Sequence record: NZ_CP137560.1
DNA length: 64,000 nucleotides
Direction: 5' to 3' (one strand)
DNA from: a plasmid
Shown piece by piece: positions 29,646 through 40,669 of this stretch. A program made the position numbers and the translations under genes. How positions within the stretch are numbered: the first letter of the stretch is position 1; each line of letters begins with the position of its first letter. Below the pieces are notes generated by a model that was not told the DNA's origin, searched no databases, and saw only the letters and a list, made by a program, of their open reading frames with translations.

Positions 29646-32600
29646 TTATGGACGATAATTCATGAATTGCAGTTGCCAAGCCCCACGGATAAAAACAAGG
29701 ATAGTAAACTGTCCTATCGTTCCCGAATAGAATCTATTGCCGGTATCGTATCTCGTCTGACCACCCCAATATATCGTATCGCCTTTAGGAGGAACGATAT
29801 ATACCCTTTTGTCATTACCTTGAATAATTATCAGCGTCTGACCATCAACAGGATTGGCAGGAAGTGTTAACGTCATATCAGAAGGATTTGTGCAAATAAC
29901 GATTCCGACGCCGTTTGATATTTGCTGAGTATCACTAATAATCTCTGTGTTCGGTGCTAACGCTCCTCGTATAGCGCCGTTTGTCTGTATAGCCGTTGGT
30001 GTACCCGAAAAACCCTTGGCAATAACATTTATAGCCAACGCAGGCGACTCTTGTTTACTCTGTTCAGAATAAATATACTGCACTGGTTCGTATTGGGTAT
30101 TATAATCATAATTTGTTGGAAGATTTACGTTGTTTACCGAACCTTTACAGACAATTCTTGCAGCATCTCCAAACCACACGGCATTAAAATAATTTAGAGT
30201 TGACTGATATGAAAACTCCGTACAGGACGCACCTACGCGAAAATAAGCAGTATTAGGTGAACCACCTCGGACAAATAACGGGCAATACTGAATACCAGTT
30301 ACAACAGTTGCACCATTATATTCTGTACACTCCGCTTGCATAATATCCCCCCAATTATCATCCTTTTTAATGCTCCATATTCCGATTTTGCTATCTCCTG
30401 TGACATTAAGCTTAGTAGCTGTAATCACCTGAGCATTGATACCTTTAGCTACGACGTCTCCTGCGTTGATGAATTTCGCATTGAGCTTTCCATTTTGAAA
30501 CATAGCAGCTTCGTCATAACCCTCTGAAGGATTGGCTTTCGGGGTTTTTACCTGTACTTTGTTTCCGTACAAGGTAACTTGGTCGCTCGTAATCTCTATA
30601 CCTGCTGCCTTCAGGCTCGCCTTATCCACAAGGTCACTTTTGCGCTCGGTGTATTCGGTAACAACCGCACCAGCTTCGAGCTTCGGCTGAGCAATGTAGC
30701 AGTTAGTTATAGGTGCATCACCTTCGCTGCTCTGTATCGTTCTGTTGAGTCTCAAAAGGACATACTTGTGCGAGCTGTCTGATGGTCGCCAATGTACCCA
30801 ATATTTTTTCCAATCGCTCGTCAGTTGGAAATTTGCTGCTCCATCTACTCTCGTAGCTGTTTCTCCTAAAGAGCTCTCAACGAATACGTCTGTCTCAGGG
30901 CTGTAGAAGTATGCTGTCAACTTACCAGTTCCCTTAGCCATGAACGAGAAAACGTAATCCTTGTTAGCCTCCAAGCCGAAAGGAACGAATCCCCCCGATT
31001 CTAATTTTCTCCATTCAAGAACATTATAATAGTAATCATTACCGACACTCTCAAACTCGCTGCCGTTGTACCTGTAGCATATTTCGGTATTACGTACACA
31101 GTATGTATCACCATACACGTTTCCCGAAGATGGGAGCTGGCTAAAGCTATTAACAGTTCCTTTCAGCACATAAGAGAACGACTTGTATATAGACGTGCTC
31201 TCGCCAAATCCTGCTGGAGTCAGCGAACCGTTAACATCGTATAGTGTACCCGACTTATCGAGCGACAATGTATTATCGAGCATGTTGCCACCTACGTAAT
31301 CGTAATCCTCTGTCGATAGCGTCCAGCCATTATAGGTATCGCCTTCCTCGACCATCGGGCGACAAATCCAAGCTTCAATACGACCATAATTGCCGTTGTT
31401 ATATTCAAAAAAGTTGAAGGCAATATAGTCATACTCCGCATCGGTTGTATCTATAATCGCCACGAATAATTCCCACTTATTCGCACTTTTGCAACGGAAA
31501 GAACTATTTGTGAGATATTTTGGACCTCCCATTCTTTGCGCGTTCGTCTGCTTGTCTGTATATAATGCTTCAAGGCAAAAGATTCCATTTGTGTCATTCG
31601 TCTTACAATAGCATGATATAACGTACTTCTTGCCCTTTGTTATCTTCACACTCTTACCTCCTTGCGAACCATCCCAGAAAGCGCCACAATAATGCGGTGT
31701 CCCATCCGTATCATCAATAATCTTGGCGCAGTTTGTACCCTGATAGCCAGAATTTATCTCGATACTTGCGGCATAGTTTAGAATACGATTATTATCATCA
31801 CGCAGGAACGCACTACCTATAAGTAGGTTTCTTCTGTCGATTATCTTCTCGCTTACCGAAAGTGAGATTTCCCTTGCGGTCTGCTCAAATTTCGACGTTG
31901 CGTCCTCCAGCTCGTCTTTAGTTGCAGCATTCTTTGACAATTCATCAAATTGTATCTTGTAGCTCTTATTATTAACAACCACAGAACCCGTAAACTTCGC
32001 AACATTGACCTGTACGTTGACCGTAGCCCACACAAGGGTGCTCCGTTCTCCGAACACATCAATCGGGAACGAAATCTGTCCGCTCGACTTGCTTACCATT
32101 ACATCTTCGCTAATAGTTTCCGTCCCTATGCTTGAGATGGTAATTCTTGCCTCTCCATCAACATTAGAAATATCACCTTCCACGTTTGTGGATTTTTTCG
32201 TCTCATGATTACTTGGAAGAGAAAGATTATTTGCACTTATCTTTTGATTACCCTTATAGACAGTCACAGTCGCATATTTACCGCTTAATGTAGCTGAATC
32301 AACAAGACCGTTATCGTCTGTATCGAACACGAGGGTGGCTGGAGATACTTCTACTCTGTAGGCATCCTCGCCAGGTGTACCATCCTCGCCTGTTATCTTC
32401 ACAGGTTCTGACCAAGGAAGTACAGCCTTTCCGTCTTTCAAAGTGGCTTGGCTCATCCACACCGTAGATGGCATAGAGACGAGATTGTCGGATAGGTCGA
32501 AGCGGAATAAGCCATAGTCTCCGTTGCTATTACCACTGCTGTCCTTACAATAGGAGACATAGAAGAAATGCTGTCCTGCCGTAGTGACATGGTAAGAATA

Positions 32601-34910
32601 TGAAGTTTCTATTCCATTACCAGATATATATGCAACACCCTTCTTTTGAAGGTTGTTTGAACCAGTTATCTCTGTATCAAGTTCATGAACTTGAACGAAG
32701 TCAAAGTTAGCCTCGGAATAAGCCTTAATAACAGCATTAACGTCCAAATTATCTACATTTGTAGAGAAAGACACTTTCATTATTGCCCATCCATAGCTAT
32801 CAGACAACCCAGCAGGAGATTTTCGCCATGTTTCTCCACTATCAGAAACTTCCGACCACTCCGAGGTACTATATCCGCTCGTAGTGCTATCGACGCTGTA
32901 ATTTCCGTAGCTAACGTTGCTCACCTTGTTATAAGACCCACCTTCCCGAGGTGTGCGAGACCATCCGCCAGACAGCTGAGACAAATCTTCAACGGTTGGT
33001 TTTGAAGGTTGAGACGTAGCGTTTTTGTATGCCATGACCACACCCTCACCGCTCTGACCGAGAGTAAACGAGGCAGCAGCGAGCTTTGTCGTATGATTTG
33101 CATCATCATACAACTCGACGGTAATGTGAGATTTCCCTTCTATCTCGGAAGGGAAAGCGTTATAAATGTCAATATAACTAACATTACTACCATTAAGTCT
33201 GTTGGTCATGCCGTCACTCACTGCGTCATCAACATAAACAACACAGCTACTATCAGGGAGTCCTATCTGTTCCCTCGTGCCGCTCGTAATATCTGAGCCA
33301 ACAGACTTTGTATAGGTTACATACAAAACCTTTCGGTCTGCACCAGCAATACTTCGTGACGCTGTGTACAACTGGATTCCGTAAGATACAGCATCATCAC
33401 CTTTCTCGCCCTTACCTCCGACAAGAACCTTTTTCCAGTTAGGCGAGCTATCTAAAGGCTCATCGGTGACACCAACACCAGAGTTGGCAACACATACCCA
33501 CACGGCATTATCATGATTTACTTGGTCGTTCTTGTGGTAGGTGTTTCCGTCCACCCAATCGCCACGATAGTTGATGATGTTGATAGTGCTGCCATCATCG
33601 GAAATCCACTCGAAACGAGAAGAATTGATTTTCGTTCCTCCTTTTGGAGAGGTCTCAAACACCGACAGAGACACCTCTTTATCACTACCATTTACACTTT
33701 TCGTAAAAGTATGCTTATATTCTGTGATATTGGCAAAACAAGCGATACGAGGGGCATAGTCACCCGTAGTCTCTAAGACGATTACATTCTGTCTGTCCGT
33801 CTTGTCGTATTCCTGCTGACCATTACGATGTCTGTTTCCATCAAGCACGATTGTGTCACCCTCGGCAGGAATGCCTTTTGTCTCAGTAGGTGCTTTATCC
33901 TCTGTAGTATATCCGTCGATGTCTTCAGAATGCTTACCTATGACAATCCATGCGAACGCCTGCCCATCATACAGTTCCACCTGCACTTCCCTTGTCTGCT
34001 CGTTGCCATCCTCATCGCGATAAGTCTCCGTCTTAGTGCCGTATATCTTCTCGTTCTGCGTAGATATACCACCATCAGGGATAGTTCGCCAGTAGCTCTT
34101 GTTGCTTGCATCGTTGTACGTTCCACCAGACGTAATTTCGCCAATAGTCTTGCAGCGCACTTGGTCCCCCTCCTGCCAGTAATTCATCGTAGCAGTAGTT
34201 CCGTCGTCAGCCAAGAGATAGCACTTCCAGCCAACGCATTCCGCATCATCCTCAGTTGTTTCTACCCAAGTTTTCACACCACCATCCGATACCGATTGCT
34301 TGACAGGCACAACCTTGATAAGCTTGCTGCCTGCGCCCGATAGATAGATATTGCCTCCCGAATAAGACAGTTTACGCACCTCTAACTCATGGAATATCGC
34401 CTTGCCCCAAATGGTGAGGTTGGAGAAGAAGGCATGATACTTGCCACTCTTCTCCTTCTCGATAGAAAAACCCTGCTCAGCCGCATTATCGTAATCAATG
34501 GATTTGATAGCGTCAAACACCGCTTCACCCAGCTTAGTAATCTTTGCATTATTGCCGAACTTTGCGCCCATCATTAAATCTGCAAGACCTTTAGCAATAA
34601 GACCTTTCGCAAAGATCACCATACCCTTTACTACCTGAGGATCCACAGTATCTTTCAGACTCAAATACTGCTGTAATATTTCCGCATCCTCATGAAGGTT
34701 GCCCGCCTCAGAGGCGTAGACTGCATTCTGTGCCGATGCAGCCGTACCTGCATAGGTTGCCTGATCTGCAACTTCTGCCCGCTTGGTCTTATCAGCCCTG
34801 GCAGCGTGCTCAGCTTCAGATATAACTCCGGATATATACTTAGTCGAGGAAGATGATCCGGACGAACCTCCCGTCTTCTTTGGCTTGGCAAAAGTCTTAA
34901 TTTCTATCAT
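29646..34910 (-). CDS. giant tail fibre / host-specificity-like structural protein (1754 aa)
   Basis: Multi-domain beta-rich protein with a short collagen-like GGKGEKGDD stretch. Positioned in the tail module downstream of the tape measure protein and the 906-aa tail protein. Confidence 0.55.
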   Translation of the reverse strand: MIEIKTFAKPKKTGGSSGSSSSTKYISGVISEAEHAARADKTKRAEVADQATYAGTAASAQNAVYASEAGNLHEDAEILQQYLSLKDTVDPQVVKGMVIFAKGLIAKGLADLMMGAKFGNNAKITKLGEAVFDAIKSIDYDNAAEQGFSIEKEKSGKYHAFFSNLTIWGKAIFHELEVRKLSYSGGNIYLSGAGSKLIKVVPVKQSVSDGGVKTWVETTEDDAECVGWKCYLLADDGTTATMNYWQEGDQVRCKTIGEITSGGTYNDASNKSYWRTIPDGGISTQNEKIYGTKTETYRDEDGNEQTREVQVELYDGQAFAWIVIGKHSEDIDGYTTEDKAPTETKGIPAEGDTIVLDGNRHRNGQQEYDKTDRQNVIVLETTGDYAPRIACFANITEYKHTFTKSVNGSDKEVSLSVFETSPKGGTKINSSRFEWISDDGSTINIINYRGDWVDGNTYHKNDQVNHDNAVWVCVANSGVGVTDEPLDSSPNWKKVLVGGKGEKGDDAVSYGIQLYTASRSIAGADRKVLYVTYTKSVGSDITSGTREQIGLPDSSCVVYVDDAVSDGMTNRLNGSNVSYIDIYNAFPSEIEGKSHITVELYDDANHTTKLAAASFTLGQSGEGVVMAYKNATSQPSKPTVEDLSQLSGGWSRTPREGGSYNKVSNVSYGNYSVDSTTSGYSTSEWSEVSDSGETWRKSPAGLSDSYGWAIMKVSFSTNVDNLDVNAVIKAYSEANFDFVQVHELDTEITGSNNLQKKGVAYISGNGIETSYSYHVTTAGQHFFYVSYCKDSSGNSNGDYGLFRFDLSDNLVSMPSTVWMSQATLKDGKAVLPWSEPVKITGEDGTPGEDAYRVEVSPATLVFDTDDNGLVDSATLSGKYATVTVYKGNQKISANNLSLPSNHETKKSTNVEGDISNVDGEARITISSIGTETISEDVMVSKSSGQISFPIDVFGERSTLVWATVNVQVNVAKFTGSVVVNNKSYKIQFDELSKNAATKDELEDATSKFEQTAREISLSVSEKIIDRRNLLIGSAFLRDDNNRILNYAASIEINSGYQGTNCAKIIDDTDGTPHYCGAFWDGSQGGKSVKITKGKKYVISCYCKTNDTNGIFCLEALYTDKQTNAQRMGGPKYLTNSSFRCKSANKWELFVAIIDTTDAEYDYIAFNFFEYNNGNYGRIEAWICRPMVEEGDTYNGWTLSTEDYDYVGGNMLDNTLSLDKSGTLYDVNGSLTPAGFGESTSIYKSFSYVLKGTVNSFSQLPSSGNVYGDTYCVRNTEICYRYNGSEFESVGNDYYYNVLEWRKLESGGFVPFGLEANKDYVFSFMAKGTGKLTAYFYSPETDVFVESSLGETATRVDGAANFQLTSDWKKYWVHWRPSDSSHKYVLLRLNRTIQSSEGDAPITNCYIAQPKLEAGAVVTEYTERKSDLVDKASLKAAGIEITSDQVTLYGNKVQVKTPKANPSEGYDEAAMFQNGKLNAKFINAGDVVAKGINAQVITATKLNVTGDSKIGIWSIKKDDNWGDIMQAECTEYNGATVVTGIQYCPLFVRGGSPNTAYFRVGASCTEFSYQSTLNYFNAVWFGDAARIVCKGSVNNVNLPTNYDYNTQYEPVQYIYSEQSKQESPALAINVIAKGFSGTPTAIQTNGAIRGALAPNTEIISDTQQISNGVGIVICTNPSDMTLTLPANPVDGQTLIIIQGNDKRVYIVPPKGDTIYWGGQTRYDTGNRFYSGTIGQFTILVFIRGAWQLQFMNYRP

Positions 34911-34944
34911 ATTATAATCCTTTTATAACACTATTAAAATCACT

Positions 34945-37665
34945 TTAGAACAACTCTCTCATCGTCACCACAGCAGTACCCTCAGCGAGATTCCTGTCCA
35001 TACCCTGCACATAGAACCGTTTACCGATCACAGGAACACTAAAGATGCTCGCAAAGCTAAGCCCCTTCTTTGGCTCGATGACGTTCTGCGTCATCACCAC
35101 CCTCGGTTCGTGCCATTCCTGCCAGTATGCATCCACATACAACTTCTCCGGCTTATCCGCCAAGTTCTGGTTGCGGTCATAGATGCCGACAAGTGCATTC
35201 TTGGTCGCCTCGTTCTGTGGAGATGATAGTTTCACCGCATTATTTACCCCTAACGCCTTGCACTCCTTCGAGGTGAGCGCGGTGGTAAACCGAAACTCCA
35301 GGTCATCCTTTCGGTTGACGAAGTTTTCGCCGGTATCACTCTTATATACGATATCCTTTTCATCACTTACCGCACCTATCTTGCCGTTGTCGCTGACCAC
35401 CTCTATCTTGAACTCCTTCAGCATGATGCTATTGATCTCCTGCAGGAGAAGATGACTATCCTGATACCACTTGGTGTGTCGCCAGAAAGAAGGGTGCCTT
35501 CTCGTTATCTCATTCCATTCCGCATTTACGGGCCCGAGTATTTTAAACTGCACACTGCCGCTTATGTGGTCAGACATGCGGATAGGTATCGCAGTACCCT
35601 CTGCAGTAATACCCTTTGTATATGGAGCATTCTTGCGGATCTCAAACTCCGTGCCTATAATTTTGTCCCTTAACTTCGGGTCAATGCCGATAGTGAAGCT
35701 CTGTGCGTAGTACTCGTCATCCGTTGCGCATTCGCTCCGCTCCTTGTATTTCTTCCATACAAAATCATTCGTATCGCCTTCGCCCTGACTCGTGCCGCCT
35801 ACCGCATTCTTATCGCCCTTATTGCATTCTACGACGCATTTATCGCCGATAATGAGCATACAGGATATAAGGCCCACTCGCTTGATCGTATCAGTAGCAG
35901 TACCAACTGCACTATACTTATATTCATGCTCCTGAGGACCTGTGCCTGTATAAGGATAGAAGGAATGAGAACTTTCTATTTCATTAGCCTTACCATACAC
36001 CGGTTCCTGGTTCCACTGTTCAGAATACCAATACTTGCGGGTATAATACCTTCCGTCACCATTATTGCGGCTCGGTACGGTCTTATGCCAATAAGAATTA
36101 GGATTCTGAAGTGTCGGTTTCCAGTATCCATCAAGCACCATGTGACCATATATATCCGTAACATTCATTACAGGATTAAGGACCATTTTGCCGCTAATCA
36201 CGATATAATTAATCGTGTCGCTATCAGCAGGCGAAAAAGTACCTCCGCTCTTGTTTCCCGTATATTCCGCTACAGGGCACGACGCAAGAATCTCCTCCTC
36301 GGTTGGGTGTCCACTTCTGCCCATGGTAGAAATGATCAGATAGTTATCCATACTCACCGAAGTAACGAGGGAAGACGAGTTGCCGCCATTTTTGCGTTCT
36401 ATCTTGCCGAAAGCACACACACAAGCACCGATACCAGCTGTAAGACCATTATTCAAGATATCCTGCTGTTTGGTTCCGTCTGCGGGGTATTTCTCGTACA
36501 TATCTATACGACTGCCGTTTTCTATTCCGTAGAACTTCCAGTTCGTTACAGCCTTCGGCCAGCAGAACCAGTCCACCTGACTGGCATCCTGCCAGTCTGT
36601 TTTCTCCCTTCCCGTCGTCATAGCTTTCATGCTATTGTATGCGGTTTTCCCTTCACCTTCAGCTATATACTCGGTCATGTATTTCTGGAAGTTTCCTGCA
36701 GCAATCAGCGAATTATCATCGAGCGGACTTTCTATCATGTCATCCACCTCTGTCACGTTATCAGTAAGCAGCAACTCGTTGTATGTTTCACCAATACTGA
36801 TTTTCGTATCACAGTCAGCCACCTCGATATCCTTACCAACCCGATATGTAGGTATCTCAATACTCTTCTCGGTGCCTTTATCTATTCTATATAAATTCAA
36901 ATAAGAATTTTTCCGTATCGACTCCCAGGAGAATATATAGAAGACAGTACCTTCCTGCACAATATGCAGATTGAGATACTTCAGTATTTCGTTGAGTACG
37001 TCTTCCTGCGTCCACATGTCATCCTCCTTGTCACCAAAGAACAGCAATTCGTTGATACTGATATTCTGGAATATATTATATATTTCGTCACCCGTTCCGT
37101 CACTCAACGCTTTCGAGCCATCATACATTATCTTAAACGTACCTCCTCCCATATAATTAGCCGCTTCGCCTACATCATTCAGTATTTCTGCGATGATATC
37201 ATAGAAAGTACGCTGCGCCGCCTTACCTTTGAGCGCATCATAAAGAACCGCTGCAGCTCCCACATTCCGATAGTTGGAATAAGAGAGGGCAGAAAGGCAG
37301 TCGATACAGGTCAGCTCCACCTCGTCATAGTCTTCATTATAGCCCTGGCTAAACGCCTGCGGCTCTATATACCCTGCAAAAATACATTCCTCGTTTCTGA
37401 GGATATTCACCACAGCATCACGGCAGGAATTACAGAAGAAGTCCGGCACGAAATTCTTGCACAACAGGCGTACACTTGCCTGATAGCAAAGGAGGTGATC
37501 AAACGTATCGTTTACCTGCGAAGTAATCTCCACAGGGTCATCGGTAAAGAATATACCATCCTTTTCGTTGCCAATTTCCACTCTTTGAGAATCATCACCA
37601 TTCGTAATGATGATTACCGTAATCTTATCTTCCCGATTATTATAAAAATCTCCTTCAAAAAGCAT
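34945..37665 (-). CDS. tail protein (906 aa), distal tail/baseplate-type
   Basis: Located immediately downstream of the tape measure gene. Large beta-rich protein. Confidence 0.5.
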   Translation of the reverse strand: MLFEGDFYNNREDKITVIIITNGDDSQRVEIGNEKDGIFFTDDPVEITSQVNDTFDHLLCYQASVRLLCKNFVPDFFCNSCRDAVVNILRNEECIFAGYIEPQAFSQGYNEDYDEVELTCIDCLSALSYSNYRNVGAAAVLYDALKGKAAQRTFYDIIAEILNDVGEAANYMGGGTFKIMYDGSKALSDGTGDEIYNIFQNISINELLFFGDKEDDMWTQEDVLNEILKYLNLHIVQEGTVFYIFSWESIRKNSYLNLYRIDKGTEKSIEIPTYRVGKDIEVADCDTKISIGETYNELLLTDNVTEVDDMIESPLDDNSLIAAGNFQKYMTEYIAEGEGKTAYNSMKAMTTGREKTDWQDASQVDWFCWPKAVTNWKFYGIENGSRIDMYEKYPADGTKQQDILNNGLTAGIGACVCAFGKIERKNGGNSSSLVTSVSMDNYLIISTMGRSGHPTEEEILASCPVAEYTGNKSGGTFSPADSDTINYIVISGKMVLNPVMNVTDIYGHMVLDGYWKPTLQNPNSYWHKTVPSRNNGDGRYYTRKYWYSEQWNQEPVYGKANEIESSHSFYPYTGTGPQEHEYKYSAVGTATDTIKRVGLISCMLIIGDKCVVECNKGDKNAVGGTSQGEGDTNDFVWKKYKERSECATDDEYYAQSFTIGIDPKLRDKIIGTEFEIRKNAPYTKGITAEGTAIPIRMSDHISGSVQFKILGPVNAEWNEITRRHPSFWRHTKWYQDSHLLLQEINSIMLKEFKIEVVSDNGKIGAVSDEKDIVYKSDTGENFVNRKDDLEFRFTTALTSKECKALGVNNAVKLSSPQNEATKNALVGIYDRNQNLADKPEKLYVDAYWQEWHEPRVVMTQNVIEPKKGLSFASIFSVPVIGKRFYVQGMDRNLAEGTAVVTMRELF

Positions 37666-37670
37666 AGTTT

Positions 37671-40331
37671 CTAAATTTTAATGTTACTACGTCTGCGATT
37701 GTTTCTCGTTTCGTTCGCTACCGCCATCACTATATCACGCCCACGGAGTCGGCCGCTGATGCCAAGAGTTGCGCTCATGCCGCTACCGATGCCCTGCAGT
37801 CCTGCAGTATTCACCGACACACCCTGTACCGCTGCACCGTTGGCAATGGCAAAGAGTCGTGCCTGCTGGGCTGCATTCAGGATCATCTCGCCAGAGTTAA
37901 CCCTTACCAAGACCTTATCGCCCGATGTCTGATTGCCGCCAACAATACCACCAGTGGCAAACTGACTGATGGTGGATATGATGCTCGTAAGTTGTGCCGT
38001 TCCCGAAATACCGAAAGCAAGCCACTCTATCCAGGTCTTACAGGTACTCATGGCCTGCGCAAAGGAAAGAACAAACTGGCCGATGGCTGCAGCCACCATT
38101 CCCGCCTTGGCCGCTGCTGAGTCTCCACCCAACTGCTGCAGGGCAGAACCAAACATCTCACAACTGGCTCCAGCCGCCGCCATACCCTTGGCAGTAGAAT
38201 CGCTTATGCCGTTGATATCGGCCAAGCCGGTACGCACACTCTCAAAGTTGCTTACGTCTATATTGAAGAGCGAGGAGATATGGTCATAATCCCGTGCCTT
38301 GGCTTCCACTTCTGTGTTGATGACAAGTGGCTTATCTGACAGCCTCTGGCGCATTGTCTCCATTTCTTCATCCAGCTGAGCCTTCAGGTTGATTGCAAAA
38401 GCCTTTACGTCAACCTTCGGAACATCCTCGATACCGACATCCACCTTCAGCATATATAGCTGGCGCTGGAGTCCTTCTATTTCTGCATTCAGAGCACGGG
38501 CAGTCGCCTTGTCGGCTGTGGCGTTGAGCTCCTTCTGCTTCTCGTTGATTTTCTCCTCATACCAGTCGATACTACCTTCTAAGGCTTTCTTGTCCTCAGT
38601 TACTCCAGGAGTATTCCCCGTGTTGGTATTACCGCTGCCTCCGGCATTACCGGTCGAACCGGTTGAGGCATTAAAAGAAGGAGGTGTTGCACTATACCCT
38701 GCAGTATGCTTATAGCTGATATTCTGGTTCTGCTTGACAAGGGCTTCCATACGCTTCTTGATGTTCTGTTCCTGCCGATACAGATTGGTCACCACCTTGT
38801 CCGCCTCTGCCTTCTGGCTGGTGCCAGGCAAGATTTGAAGCCCCTCACCCTTAACATATCCTATTTTATCCCTATTATCAAACTTTTTAACCTTTCCGTT
38901 TTTATCGTGCGTATAGTCGTATCGTTGCTGCTGCAGGTCGGCTGCCCGGTTGGCAAGATTACGGATGGTAATCTCGCTGATCATCTGATTACAGTAAGCC
39001 TTAGAGTTGGCGGTAAGCGCCTGATACCATTGGCTCACGGTAGAGTAGTAGCCCATCGCTTCACCATACTTGGTGTTCATCTGCTGCACCATGGCCTTCT
39101 CCTGTTCCTTGCTTCCCTTGAAGTTCTTCAGGGTAGCGATGTTCTGCGTCATCTCGCTGCGCACGCTCGCCATCTGCTGCGCCGTCTGCTGATGAGCTAT
39201 CTTTGCCCGCTGCTCTGCCTCCGAAAGATTATCTACACTCTTGACCGCATCATCACTGCTATTCATGAGGTAGTTGATAGCCTCGGTAAGCGCCACGATA
39301 GCGATACCTACACCCGTGGAAATCAGCAGGCTTTTGACCGCCACTCCCAATGCCCTCGTTGCTACAGCTGCAGTTGTAGCTCCAACCGCTTCTCCATGCA
39401 TTGTCGCCGTCAGCACCCTCACTACCGCCGTCATACCCACCTTTGCCCTGCTCGTTGCCTCGGTCACCACCGTCAGAGTACTGAAGGCCTTGATGGCAGC
39501 ATACAGCGAAGTAGTGAGCTTTACCACACCCGTTATAGTAATGGTTATCTGCGAAGCCATGGTGACGTATGGCGCGATTCCCTGTACGAGTGCGCCCATC
39601 TGTTCCTTAATATCACCAAGAGTATTCTCCAGTTGCTTCTGCTTGCCTGCATCTGTCTTGGCCAGCTCGGCATTCATGTTGCCTACATTTTGTGTGATAA
39701 CCTTAGCAAGCATGGCTGCACGCTCACTCTCGGTACCATACTGGAGCACTTTCTTCTGGGATTCATCAAAGGTAATACCGACACGCTGCAATACTTCCAC
39801 CTGTCCCTGCATTGCCTTACCCATCATATTTCCGATGCTTACGGCATCCTGATTGGTGGCATTCAGTCCGTTCTGCTGCGCCACAAGGTTATTCATGGCA
39901 GGAATAAGTACGTCGAGACTTCGTTTATTTTGCAGAAAGGTAGCCATCTGCTGCGCACCACTCAACTGCACCTCGTCGCCTATTACACCCAACTCCTGCT
40001 GTGCCGAACAGAGATTTTTTATGCTCTGTATCTGCTCATCGGTGGCTGCCATGCGTTGGCGCATGATAGTCTCTATTTGGGTTTCTGCCACGAGCTGAAC
40101 CTGATAAGCAGAGGTTAAGTCGCTTACCACACCCTGCAACTCACCGATAGAGCTTTGTAGCACATCAATAGCTTGCGATGTTTCCGCCCAGGTCAGCACG
40201 CTGCGTTTAGCCTTCTCGCTCTCATCTTGCACGGATCGTACAGCTCTGCCCAGTTGTTCTGCATCCATGGTTACCTTCTTAAAGGTCCCCCTGTCATCCA
40301 GTTTTATCGTAAAACTTACTTCCTTTGCCAT
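37671..40331 (-). CDS. tail tape measure protein
   Basis: 886 aa. Long coiled-coil N-terminal two-thirds, hydrophobic helices in the middle, Gly-rich C-terminus. Preceded by a chaperone pair carrying a slippery run. Confidence 0.75.
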   Translation of the reverse strand: MAKEVSFTIKLDDRGTFKKVTMDAEQLGRAVRSVQDESEKAKRSVLTWAETSQAIDVLQSSIGELQGVVSDLTSAYQVQLVAETQIETIMRQRMAATDEQIQSIKNLCSAQQELGVIGDEVQLSGAQQMATFLQNKRSLDVLIPAMNNLVAQQNGLNATNQDAVSIGNMMGKAMQGQVEVLQRVGITFDESQKKVLQYGTESERAAMLAKVITQNVGNMNAELAKTDAGKQKQLENTLGDIKEQMGALVQGIAPYVTMASQITITITGVVKLTTSLYAAIKAFSTLTVVTEATSRAKVGMTAVVRVLTATMHGEAVGATTAAVATRALGVAVKSLLISTGVGIAIVALTEAINYLMNSSDDAVKSVDNLSEAEQRAKIAHQQTAQQMASVRSEMTQNIATLKNFKGSKEQEKAMVQQMNTKYGEAMGYYSTVSQWYQALTANSKAYCNQMISEITIRNLANRAADLQQQRYDYTHDKNGKVKKFDNRDKIGYVKGEGLQILPGTSQKAEADKVVTNLYRQEQNIKKRMEALVKQNQNISYKHTAGYSATPPSFNASTGSTGNAGGSGNTNTGNTPGVTEDKKALEGSIDWYEEKINEKQKELNATADKATARALNAEIEGLQRQLYMLKVDVGIEDVPKVDVKAFAINLKAQLDEEMETMRQRLSDKPLVINTEVEAKARDYDHISSLFNIDVSNFESVRTGLADINGISDSTAKGMAAAGASCEMFGSALQQLGGDSAAAKAGMVAAAIGQFVLSFAQAMSTCKTWIEWLAFGISGTAQLTSIISTISQFATGGIVGGNQTSGDKVLVRVNSGEMILNAAQQARLFAIANGAAVQGVSVNTAGLQGIGSGMSATLGISGRLRGRDIVMAVANETRNNRRRSNIKI

Positions 40332-40408
40332 ATTTATATCAATTTTGTTTGGTCGTTTCTAATTTTATGTTTATATTTGCAGCGTGTCACGTATTAAACA
40401 ATAACACA

Positions 40409-40654
40409 ATGGATAAAAAAACTAAAGTCGTCATCAGGAAAAGAGTCCCAAAGAATAAGATTCCAAAGGGTCTCACACGGATAATGTTCACCCTGGCAAT
40501 ATTCTTCTTTATACTCTGCCAGTGGCAGACCAAGGTATTCTTCGATGGAAAACATTCTTTCGAGGTAGTGGCTGCCATGATGGTTTTCGGCAGTCTGTCC
40601 GGATTATCCCTTCTATTCTTTCTCGGGCTTCTCGTTAGCAAACTGGGCGACTGA
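40409..40654 (+). CDS. small two-TM membrane protein (82 aa) on the opposite strand within the tail operon; moron candidate
   Basis: Clean ORF MDKKTKVV... with two hydrophobic helices. A Bacteroides -7-like element TATATTTG lies at 40372-40379. Confidence 0.4.
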   Translation: MDKKTKVVIRKRVPKNKIPKGLTRIMFTLAIFFFILCQWQTKVFFDGKHSFEVVAAMMVFGSLSGLSLLFFLGLLVSKLGD

Positions 40655-40669
40655 ATTATTTAATCCTGG

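Noticed and set aside
35926-36894. 322-aa + strand ORF antisense to the 906-aa tail protein gene
   Set aside because: An antisense shadow of a long coding region. Arg/His/Ile-rich nonsense-like sequence.
38706-40118. 470-aa + strand ORF, with nested 39274..39852 and 39853..40098
   Set aside because: It lies entirely antisense to the tape measure gene in a GC-rich, stop-poor region. The composition is Leu/His/Arg/Cys-rich and not protein-like. A shadow ORF.
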